From contig JBGQMB010000026.1 of assembly GCA_041500405.1 (NCBI GenBank), positions 1-12,534 on the forward strand: 12,534 nucleotides of DNA, written 5' to 3'. The position numbers were made by a program, and so were the translations under genes. The notes beneath the pieces were generated by a model that was not told the origin of the DNA, made no database searches, and saw nothing but the letters and a program-made list of their open reading frames with translations. Below are positions 1-6,711 of the stretch, in pieces; the first letter of the stretch is position 1; each line of letters opens with the position of its first letter. Origin of the DNA: Candidatus Micrarchaeia archaeon. GTDB taxonomy: Archaea; Micrarchaeota; Micrarchaeia; Anstonellales; J096.

Positions 1-348
1 CTCATATTTATTAGGTAATATTCTTTTGGAATAGACGAACATTTTACTGAATTTTTTGTTTCCAAAAATACTTTTTACCCTATTCTCTTTTTCTTCGCAA
101 AATTTATTTTTAACAGTTTCTAATGCTATTTTAACTACTTCACTGCTCTTAGGCAGACGCGGACTTGGGGATACAGTAACTTCAACCCATATCCTTTTTT
201 CATCTTTAGCATTTATACCTAGAATATCGATTTCTTTCCCTCGACCTCCCTTTTTTCCTTTTGGAACATTTATATTTTGTTTAGTAAAATAACCACAGAT
301 ATCTTGTAGCCAAACATTCACAATTTCTTCCCCTGGATTTACGGCCAT
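1..348 (-). CDS. PD-(D/E)xK restriction-endonuclease-like protein, 3'-truncated by the window edge (at least 116 aa; absent from the ORF track)
   Basis: Manual translation from ATG 348 is open to base 1: MAVNPGEEIVNVWLQDICGYFTKQNINVPKGKKGGRGKEIDILGINAKDEKRIWVEVTVSPSPRL... The helix Glu (GEEIV..WL..GY), EIDIL strand and WVEV strand match the Hjc/YraN/Mrr-type core, though the E-x-K Lys is replaced by Thr. SD-like AAGTGAT lies just upstream. Very AT-rich (about 30% GC by eye). Confidence 0.72.
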   Translation of the reverse strand, partial: MAVNPGEEIVNVWLQDICGYFTKQNINVPKGKKGGRGKEIDILGINAKDEKRIWVEVTVSPSPRLPKSSEVVKIALETVKNKFCEEKENRVKSIFGNKKFSKMFVYSKRILPNKYE

Positions 349-377
349 AAATCACTTAGATTTATCTATTTTTAAGT

Positions 378-441
378 TTATTCGTACCTCAGCGCCTCAA
401 CCGGCGGAATATAGGATGCGTTCCGCGCAGGAATGACCCCG
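378..441 (-). repeat. 64-bp exact direct repeat, copy 1: displaced 3' fragment of the ABC permease gene (att-like site)
   Basis: Identical to 2161-2224 (TTATTCGTAC...GGAATGACCCCG). On the minus strand it encodes GVIPARNASYIPPVEALRYE* with no upstream gene body. GC-rich within AT-rich flanks. Confidence 0.97.
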
Positions 442-509
442 AAACGACCCAAAAAGTGGTATAAAACAAGCCAGAAAATATAAGACCTTGGCAACTACGT
501 CCGCTTTCA

Positions 510-545
510 TTTAAAAAGGGGCTCAACCAATAACAGTTAAGGTGA
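510..545 (+). promoter_or_regulatory. Putative TATA box (TTTAAAAA, 510-517) and Shine-Dalgarno (GGTGA, 541-545) of the cassette operon
   Basis: Archaeal TATA-like octamer about 30 bp upstream of the start codons. GGTGA also precedes rps13, rps4 and rps11 in this window. Confidence 0.55.
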
Positions 546-547
546 TG

Positions 548-1384
548 ATGGTGCTGCAGCGTGAGCGTGTATTGCTTTATCTTGCGGATTTGCTCCAGCA
601 CAGACACGATTTCTCAAAGACAAAGACAGATAAGATGCTTTTTCTGCTTTCAAATGAATATGGTTTCGGTGATAAAATCAAGTTCTACTCTTTTTATCCT
701 TACAATTATGGGCCCTTTTCCCAGTTATATTACTATGACCTGAGAAAGCTGAAAGTGCGGGGTTGCCTATCGGATAAAGAATGCGTAACGGAAAAAGGCC
801 GCTCGGAGGCGGAAATGCTTGCAGAGCCATTAAAAGAAACTATAAGGGCGGTTGCCGCAAGATTCAAAAGCATGGAAACGCTTAAGCGGTACGTCTATGA
901 CAATTATCCAGATTATACTGTAAAAAGCAAATTGTCCGGCAAGACAGCGAAATGCATGCCTCCCGGATTCTTTTCCATAGGCTATGAAGGCAAGACTATA
1001 GATTCATTCCTTGACATACTGATACGTAACGGAATTGAAGTTTTAATAGACGTTAGAGCAAACCCATTCAGCATGAATTTTGTTTTCACCGGCAAAAAGC
1101 TGGAAGAATACCTCAAAAAAGTTGGAATCGAATATATCCATATCCCTGAATTGGGTATAAACGGAAATTTGAGGAGAGGGCTTGAGACAAAGGGCGATTA
1201 CGCAAAGCTGTTTAATTATTATAAGAGTCACATACTGACAAAAGCCGGTCTTGGAAGAGTGATATTAGAAGGAAAGGGAAAGCGGGCCGCAATGATGTGT
1301 ATGGAGAGTAATCATGCGTCCTGCCATAGGGGAATAATCGCATCGGAATTAGAAAAAATGAATCATAAGGTGACGCACCTATGA
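548..1384 (+). CDS. DUF488-domain protein with N-terminal SocA/Panacea(DUF4065)-like helical domain
   Basis: N-terminus has KMLFLL...FYPYNYGPFS..YYDL. C-terminus has DUF488 motifs SIGYEG, LIDVRANPFS, GIEYIHIPELG and MCMESNHASCHR. Start is ATG 548 or GTG 551 (SD spacing favours 551; the ORF track opens at 542). Confidence 0.85.
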   Translation: MVLQRERVLLYLADLLQHRHDFSKTKTDKMLFLLSNEYGFGDKIKFYSFYPYNYGPFSQLYYYDLRKLKVRGCLSDKECVTEKGRSEAEMLAEPLKETIRAVAARFKSMETLKRYVYDNYPDYTVKSKLSGKTAKCMPPGFFSIGYEGKTIDSFLDILIRNGIEVLIDVRANPFSMNFVFTGKKLEEYLKKVGIEYIHIPELGINGNLRRGLETKGDYAKLFNYYKSHILTKAGLGRVILEGKGKRAAMMCMESNHASCHRGIIASELEKMNHKVTHL

Positions 1385-2160
1385 AAGAAAAGTTGCTCGT
1401 TTTGGCAAAGGCGGCTCCGGAGGCAAGCAAAAGGTATGAAGAGCTGGTGTGCATTGCCGGGGTAACAGATAAGGGCGAATGGAGAAGAATTTATCCAATC
1501 CCGTGGGAATTATTCTGGAAGGATAGCGGAAAAAAGTTCATGAAGAAGCAGTGGATAGAGTATGAATTGGTTGATGACAAGCCGTCTGACCACAGACCAG
1601 AGAGCAGGAAAGTCAAGTTCGAAACGATAAAGGTTTTGGAAAAAGCGTCATTTAGGGAGATTGAATCTATAACCAAACCTAGAATTACTACGATTGAATC
1701 TTTGATATCTCATGGAGCAAAAACCGTTTCGCTTGGCGCAATAAAGCCAGAATTGATAGATTTCACGCTGATGGACAACAAGCAATACGAAGAAATTCTT
1801 GGTATGTCGAAGCAACAGACGTTGACAGGTAAAACTGCGGTTTTGGAGCCTCCGGAACACAAGTATAGGTATATTTTTACTGATGTCAAAGGAGAACAGC
1901 CCCATAAAATGTTATGTGAGGATTGGGAACTAGAACGCCTTTATAGCGGTTGCAAAAAGAAGCTCCGCAATGGAGAATATTCTTCAATTGATGTCGTCCA
2001 TGAAAAAGTAAAAGACAAAATGTTCAGAAAAATAACAGAACACGGTCATTTCTATTTCGTTGTTGGAACTCATTATAGGTTCCCTACTTATATTATCGTT
2101 GGCGTGCTTTATCCAAGAAAAGACGAGCTTCCTGAATTGGACGCAGGCCCAAATAATTAA
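1381..2160 (+). CDS. Conserved DUF488-associated protein (possible dual OB-fold nucleic-acid-binding protein)
   Basis: 259-aa ORF with ATGA overlap with the DUF488 stop. Motifs KAAPEASKRYEELVCIAG..GEWRRIYPIP, DHRPES, CEDWE and FVVGT are of the type I recognise from genes next to DUF488 genes. The OB-fold call is tentative. Confidence 0.7.
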   Translation: MKEKLLVLAKAAPEASKRYEELVCIAGVTDKGEWRRIYPIPWELFWKDSGKKFMKKQWIEYELVDDKPSDHRPESRKVKFETIKVLEKASFREIESITKPRITTIESLISHGAKTVSLGAIKPELIDFTLMDNKQYEEILGMSKQQTLTGKTAVLEPPEHKYRYIFTDVKGEQPHKMLCEDWELERLYSGCKKKLRNGEYSSIDVVHEKVKDKMFRKITEHGHFYFVVGTHYRFPTYIIVGVLYPRKDELPELDAGPNN

Positions 2161-2224
2161 TTATTCGTACCTCAGCGCCTCAACCGGCGGAATATAGGAT
2201 GCGTTCCGCGCAGGAATGACCCCG
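2161..2224 (-). repeat. 64-bp exact direct repeat, copy 2: 3' end of the intact ABC permease gene (att-like site)
   Basis: Identical to 378-441. Identity stops exactly at the stop codon on one side and at 2225/442 on the other. Confidence 0.97.
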
Positions 2225-3411
2225 GAAATTATGCCCACAAAGGCTGAAAATCCCACGCCGAAGAGCGCAAGCCCAACCGTTATGTTGACAGCAAGCCCGA
2301 AGCTTGTCACTATGGACGATATCGCCACGCTCAGCAAAACGCCCAAAAGCCCGCCAACGGTCCCTATTATGCAGGCCTCAATCACGAACAACATCATAAC
2401 GTCGGAACCGGTCATGCCGAGCGACTTGTAGACTCCAATCTGCTTCGTTTGCTCCAAAACGCTCATGAACATCGTATTGGCAGTGCCAATCCCGCCGACA
2501 ATCAATGCAACTGACGCAATGCCGCCCAAAAACAGCGTAAGCGTGCTTGTCATGGCCTCAATCGTTGCCTGCATGGATGAAGCGGTCGTTACTGTAAAAT
2601 CGTCATCGCTGGAGTCGCTTATGCCGTGCAGGGACCTCAATTTTTCGCTTACGGCGTCCGCAACATCATCCGTTTCATAGCTGTCTTCAATCACTATGAC
2701 GATTTTGCTCACGGTCTTTGTCTGGTTCAAAAGTATCTTCGCTGCCTTTTGCGGAATGTAGATGGAACTGTCAGAACTGCCGAAAGACGAGGAGCCCGAA
2801 GCGTTCAGAATGCCCACAACCCTGAAGGACACGTTGTTTATCTTTATCTGCTTGTTCAGCATGTTTGCGCCCTGGAAGGTCCTGTTCTGGACGGAGTATC
2901 CTATTACGGCCGTGTAAAGGTCGCCTGTGCCAAGCAACTTGCCAGAAGTGAGATTTATCCCAATGTTCTTGGAAAACTCGCGCGGCTCAGTTCCCACAAT
3001 TGTTGCGCTCGACTCCCAAGTGCCGTATTCAACATTGCCGCTTCCGGATACCTGGGCGTCAAGCGAGTTCACCCCGGCTACCGTGCGCAAAGCATCAGCT
3101 TCAGTGAATGTTATCGTGCTGGTTTGCCTGGTCTGGAAGCCGGAATCCGGGGGTCCCCCGTCCCCCGAAAACCCGCCCCCTCCCATCATGCCGGTCCTTT
3201 CGGTTGACGTGCCTCCGGGCGATATCGAGATAATATTGGTTCCCAGCGTATTGAGGCTGCTGCTTATGCTGTCGCTCATGCCGAAGCTTATCGCGACAAG
3301 CGTGACGACCGCCGCCACGCCTATCACGATGCCCAATATGGCGAGCCAGCTGCGCAAACTTCTGTGACGCAGCGTGTCAAGCGCTATTGACGCCAGATCC
3401 TGTATGTTCAT
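2161..3411 (-). CDS. ABC transporter permease, MacB/FtsX/LolE family
   Basis: RSWLAILGIVIGVAAVV first TM helix, large extracytoplasmic domain, GGIGTANTMFMSVLEQTKQIGVYKSLG, C-terminal PARNASYIPPVEALRYE. Start at ATG 3411 (MNIQDL) gives an ATGA overlap with the upstream stop; 416 aa. Confidence 0.93.
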   Translation of the reverse strand: MNIQDLASIALDTLRHRSLRSWLAILGIVIGVAAVVTLVAISFGMSDSISSSLNTLGTNIISISPGGTSTERTGMMGGGGFSGDGGPPDSGFQTRQTSTITFTEADALRTVAGVNSLDAQVSGSGNVEYGTWESSATIVGTEPREFSKNIGINLTSGKLLGTGDLYTAVIGYSVQNRTFQGANMLNKQIKINNVSFRVVGILNASGSSSFGSSDSSIYIPQKAAKILLNQTKTVSKIVIVIEDSYETDDVADAVSEKLRSLHGISDSSDDDFTVTTASSMQATIEAMTSTLTLFLGGIASVALIVGGIGTANTMFMSVLEQTKQIGVYKSLGMTGSDVMMLFVIEACIIGTVGGLLGVLLSVAISSIVTSFGLAVNITVGLALFGVGFSAFVGIISGVIPARNASYIPPVEALRYE

Positions 3412-5021
3412 TTCCTCTGCTCCTCTTTCTTCGGCTCTTCCTTTTTGCGCCTGAATTTCTTCATCCACACGAAATATGCCAAGCCAAGGACGGCAACAAC
3501 CGCGGCAATCGGGATTACGTCAACCCCGAATACGCGTATGCCGCTGGCGTTCCGCTGGGAAAACCCGTTTCCAGGGCCCGTCATGGCCGTGCCGTTTCCA
3601 TTAGATGCCGGGGTGCCGGCTGAATCTCCTGTTGAGCTTCCGACCGTTATATACACCGTTTTCGTGACTGTCTTCTCCTGGTTCAGGCTGTCCTTGAACG
3701 TCACTGAGATCAAAAGCGGATACTCGCCGTTTTTTGCCGGCGCAGAAACCGTCGGCTGCAGCGTGTAAGAGTCATCCACGTTCAGCGTGCCTACAAATTC
3801 TGAGCTGGACGCAGTGACCTTGAGGTCGCTGCTGGACGTCACGCTGGCATACGCGCTCCTTATCGCGGAGTTGCCAGTGTTCGCTATGGTTATTGATACC
3901 TCCCCTTCCGAGCCAAGGGTGATGGAGTCTCCATTGGTTATGGTCAGCTCAGGCGTAGCCTGGATCAAAACGCCAACGCTTCCGTTCCAGGACTGGCCAT
4001 TGCCGGATATTATGCTCACGGGCAGGTTGTAGTATCCTGCAGCCACGCTCGAGCTTATGCCTATGGTCATATTGGCCGTTTTCGTCTCCCCAGGCGAAAC
4101 GGAGTCGAAGTAGATGCGCGACGGGCCCAAGGGCATGAACTCATCTCCGCTCCCTATCTGCACAATCGCGGAATCCGAGTCTGCGCCCCTGTTTTTTATG
4201 GAAACGGAAAACACGGTTCCAGACCCTATTTCCACAGATGTGTCAGGGACAACCGAAAGCTCCCATTTTGTGTTGGAGCTCATTATGTTCACTGGCCCCG
4301 CATACACAGTCCCGTTGATTTGGTTGTACTGCGCGTCCTCGTAAGTCACAACTATGGGGATCATCTGCCTTCCATACGAGGAAGGGGATGATACGATGAG
4401 CGAAAGCGAGGCGTTCCGCGCTCCTCCGCTCTCTATGTCCCCAAGGCGTATTGAAGATGACCCGTTGAGGTAAATTCCTGAGCCGGATTCTGGCGCCAGG
4501 GTAACGTCCCCCATGCTGTTTTCGCCAATGTTGCTGATGCGCAGGTTGACTGATACGGTGTCTCCTGGGTACAATTCAGAAGGCCCGGTGCCAGTCACTT
4601 CCGCAACCAGGGAGTTCCTTCCTGAAACGCTTATTGGTATGGACGCATATGTCATCTGGGTGCCGCCCGAGTCCTCAAACACTATCCTGAGGTAAAGCAC
4701 TATCACGCTGCCCTTATAGTCGCTGGGGACATTGAAAGGCAGGGATGTTATTGTGGACGAGCCAGAGCCTATGCCCCCCACGCTCATGTAGCTGTCCTCG
4801 CTGCCATACGAGTAATAGACTGCCACGGAATCCGCTGTCTCGGAGCCGGTGTTTTCAAGGTCCAGCCTGAGCTGGGCATAGGTCCCGCTGTAAACAGTGC
4901 TTGGTATCGTAGAATAGTCCGAAACCGCTATGGCCGCGCCGCTTGAAGACGACGTGGCAGCAGCCGAAATCCCTAACATCAAAACCGCCGCGAATGCGGC
5001 AAACCATATATTTTTCATCAT
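3408..5021 (-). CDS. COG1361-like S-layer-domain (Ig-like/CARDB repeat) membrane-anchored protein
   Basis: Signal peptide, repeated beta-rich modules (LENTG, ISNIG, IKNRG, IANTG), many N-X-S/T sequons, C-terminal TM helix and basic tail. Sits between ABC ATPase and permease, as is typical in archaea. Confidence 0.85.
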   Translation of the reverse strand: MMKNIWFAAFAAVLMLGISAAATSSSSGAAIAVSDYSTIPSTVYSGTYAQLRLDLENTGSETADSVAVYYSYGSEDSYMSVGGIGSGSSTITSLPFNVPSDYKGSVIVLYLRIVFEDSGGTQMTYASIPISVSGRNSLVAEVTGTGPSELYPGDTVSVNLRISNIGENSMGDVTLAPESGSGIYLNGSSSIRLGDIESGGARNASLSLIVSSPSSYGRQMIPIVVTYEDAQYNQINGTVYAGPVNIMSSNTKWELSVVPDTSVEIGSGTVFSVSIKNRGADSDSAIVQIGSGDEFMPLGPSRIYFDSVSPGETKTANMTIGISSSVAAGYYNLPVSIISGNGQSWNGSVGVLIQATPELTITNGDSITLGSEGEVSITIANTGNSAIRSAYASVTSSSDLKVTASSSEFVGTLNVDDSYTLQPTVSAPAKNGEYPLLISVTFKDSLNQEKTVTKTVYITVGSSTGDSAGTPASNGNGTAMTGPGNGFSQRNASGIRVFGVDVIPIAAVVAVLGLAYFVWMKKFRRKKEEPKKEEQRK

Positions 5022-5035
5022 GTTGATCCCTTCAT

Positions 5036-5752
5036 TTAACTGGCATTGTTTTCCTTTGCCGCGCGCTGCGGCTTCCTTACGTCTTTGTCTATCATGCCAT
5101 CCGTTATGTGTATTGTCCTGTTGGCATGGGACGCCACTATGTGGTCGTGCGTCACCAGTATGACCGTTATTCCCAAGTCGTCATGCAGCGAAGATATGAA
5201 ATTAAGCACAGCGGTGCCTGTAAGGGAGTCAAGGTTCCCGGTAGGCTCGTCCGCAAGCAGTATCCTCGGGTTTGTGACAAGCGCCCTTGCTATGGCCACG
5301 CGCTGTTTTTGCCCCCCGCTCAATTCAGACGGCATCCTGTTCTTCTTGTCCAGTATGCCGACCATGGCAAGCGTCTTTTCGACCCTCTTCGCGCGCTCTT
5401 CGTTTGGGATCTCTTTGATCATAAGCGGCAGTTCCACGTTCCGCGACACGCTCATATTGGGCGATAGGTTGAAGAACTGGAAGACGAATCCTATATTGTC
5501 TCTCCTTATTATTGCCAGCTCGTCCTCTTTTAGCCTTGAAACGTCGCGGCCGTCAAACGACACCTTGCCTGCGCTTGGCTTGTCAAGCAGGCCCAAAATG
5601 TGCAGAAATGTGCTTTTGCCGCTTCCGCTTTGGCCTATTATGGAGACAAACTCGCCCCTGTCGACCCTGAAGCTGACATTCTTCAGCGCAAGGAATGGGC
5701 TGCCTCCGTTGTATGACTTGGAAACGCCTGAAAGCTCTATCAGTGAATTCAT
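5036..5752 (-). CDS. ABC transporter ATP-binding protein, LolD/MacB/SalX family
   Basis: Walker A GQSGSGKST, Q-loop GFVFQ, signature LSGGQKQRV, Walker B ILLADEPTGNLD, H-loop VTHD. SD-like GTGAT upstream. Confidence 0.96.
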   Translation of the reverse strand: MNSLIELSGVSKSYNGGSPFLALKNVSFRVDRGEFVSIIGQSGSGKSTFLHILGLLDKPSAGKVSFDGRDVSRLKEDELAIIRRDNIGFVFQFFNLSPNMSVSRNVELPLMIKEIPNEERAKRVEKTLAMVGILDKKNRMPSELSGGQKQRVAIARALVTNPRILLADEPTGNLDSLTGTAVLNFISSLHDDLGITVILVTHDHIVASHANRTIHITDGMIDKDVRKPQRAAKENNAS

Positions 5753-5767
5753 ATGATCACATTAAGA

Positions 5768-5797
5768 TTTGCGCGGACGGAAAACCACCCGCACAAA
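5768..5797 (-). promoter_or_regulatory. 13-bp RNA hairpin in the predicted 5' UTR of the ABC operon
   Basis: Minus-strand RNA UUUGUGCGGGUGG-UUUU-CCGUCCGCGCAAA pairs fully with three G-U wobbles. It lies between the TATA box and the SD. Confidence 0.6.
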
Positions 5798-5830
5798 GTG
5801 CAGTTGCTGCAACCATCTCCCTTGTTGCCC

Positions 5831-5864
5831 ATATAAAAGGGTTTGCCGGATTAATACCCAAATC
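5831..5864 (-). promoter_or_regulatory. TATA box (TTTTATAT, 5838-5831) plus upstream putative operator for the ABC operon
   Basis: Canonical TATA. The upstream 23 bp match 15/23 to the same TATA-relative position of the wHTH promoter (6616-6638) and include CCCAAATC. Confidence 0.55.
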
Positions 5865-5869
5865 TTTGC

Positions 5870-6310
5870 TTATTTGGAGCTAAGCCATGCCAGTATGGCA
5901 AGCGATATAGCGGCAAACACGTACGGAATTATCGAGAACATGCCTGGCCTCCCGTAAATCCCAAGGAACCATTGCAGGAGCGGCATCGACGTTATCGCGA
6001 ACAGCATGAAAGAAACAACGGCCATCAAGAGCCCAAACGTGAACCCGCTCTTCAGCTCAAGGTAGTCCCTGAGATAAACGAATGTGAGGAATACGGAAAA
6101 TATCAGTATGAACAGCGAAATGGCATTGGTCGCCGAGAACATGATAAGGTCGCTTATCGGTCCGCGCCAGAACGGGAAAAACAGGCTTGTCGCCATTATC
6201 AGTGCTATCGCCCCTGCGACTATGCAGAACGTCCCGAGCGCCGCCTTGACGGTGTAATCCATCCTTGCAGCCCCTTTTTTTGTCTCATTTGTTTTTTTCA
6301 TTTCCTTCAT
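5870..6310 (-). CDS. Small integral membrane protein (about 4 TM helices), partner of the wHTH regulator
   Basis: Hydrophobic segments and the motif YLRDYLELKSGFTFGLL, seen in archaeal membrane proteins encoded next to this wHTH family. Start uncertain (ATG 6310, 6301 or 6262). Confidence 0.75.
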   Translation of the reverse strand: MKEMKKTNETKKGAARMDYTVKAALGTFCIVAGAIALIMATSLFFPFWRGPISDLIMFSATNAISLFILIFSVFLTFVYLRDYLELKSGFTFGLLMAVVSFMLFAITSMPLLQWFLGIYGRPGMFSIIPYVFAAISLAILAWLSSK

Positions 6311-6581
6311 CCCCAACAGCCTTTTTCATGTATTCGTTTTCCTCAAACTCCGGGCTTATGAAATAAATGGCCCCGTAGCCATCCTTGATCCTGTATATTA
6401 TGCCATTCTCAACAAGGGTTTCCACATGCCCCTGCACGGTCTTGTAGTCCAGATTCAGCGAGACTGCGAGCTGGTGCATGTTGGACGGGCTCTTGTGCAG
6501 AATCCGTATTATCCTGCTCCTTGTGGGCCCGCCTCTTGACGCCTCCAATAGCCAATAAAGAAGGCGCGACCTGGCATCCAT
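6285..6581 (-). CDS. Winged helix-turn-helix transcriptional regulator (ArsR-like, archaeal)
   Basis: LLYWLLEASRGGPTRSRII..L..SPSNMHQLAVSLNLDYKTVQGHVETLVENGII....GYGAIYF; 98 aa. Confidence 0.9.
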   Translation of the reverse strand: MDARSRLLYWLLEASRGGPTRSRIIRILHKSPSNMHQLAVSLNLDYKTVQGHVETLVENGIIYRIKDGYGAIYFISPEFEENEYMKKAVGDEGNEKNK

Positions 6582-6604
6582 GCAGGTGTATTGCCTCTTT
6601 CCCT

Positions 6605-6638
6605 ATTTATAACTTTTTGCCCAAATCAAGCCCCTATC
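6605..6638 (-). promoter_or_regulatory. TATA box (TTATAAAT, 6612-6605) plus putative tandem operator for the wHTH gene; probably a leaderless transcript
   Basis: TATA 24-31 bp upstream of ATG 6581. An 11-bp-period repeat GCCCAAATC/GCCCCTATC (plus strand) lies directly upstream. Confidence 0.6.
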
Positions 6639-6667
6639 GCCAGCAAACCGCGCCGCTTCCCGCATCC

Positions 6668-6675
6668 TTTAAATA
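6668..6675 (+). promoter_or_regulatory. TATA box (TTTAAATA) of the Cys-repeat amidohydrolase gene
   Basis: Consensus archaeal TATA about 37-44 bp upstream of ATG 6712, with an SD-like GGTG before the ATG. Confidence 0.6.
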
Positions 6676-6711
6676 TCAGCCCAACCTTATACGCCATCAG
6701 GTCTGGTGCAA

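Larger units (their letters stand above)
378..2224. mobile_element. Small integrated islet/cassette (1783-bp repeat-to-repeat unit) in the 3' end of the ABC permease gene, with no integrase
   Basis: Bounded by 64-bp perfect direct repeats that restore the target gene. The interior is lower in GC than the host genes (roughly 40% vs 50-55% by eye) and carries a two-gene operon on the opposite strand. Confidence 0.72.

Noticed and set aside
56..292. 78-aa plus-strand ORF
   Set aside because: Antisense shadow of the longer minus-strand nuclease-like ORF 348..1, which has an SD and recognisable motifs.
361..400. Possible Xer/dif site at the att ends
   Set aside because: No 11-6-11 inverted arrangement with TAA-N6-TTA at either junction.
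389..607. 72-aa minus-strand ORF crossing repeat copy 1
   Set aside because: Reads the repeat in a different frame from the permease, overlaps the DUF488 gene and promoter, and has no recognisable motifs, including no integrase residues.
3412..3468. N-terminal 19-aa extension of the permease in the ORF track
   Set aside because: Overlaps the upstream gene's tail. ATG 3411 gives an ATGA coupling and a family-typical N-terminus.
5046..5756. 236-aa plus-strand ORF and other long antisense ORFs over the ABC genes
   Set aside because: Mirror frames of well-supported minus-strand genes, a common artefact opposite ABC ATPases.
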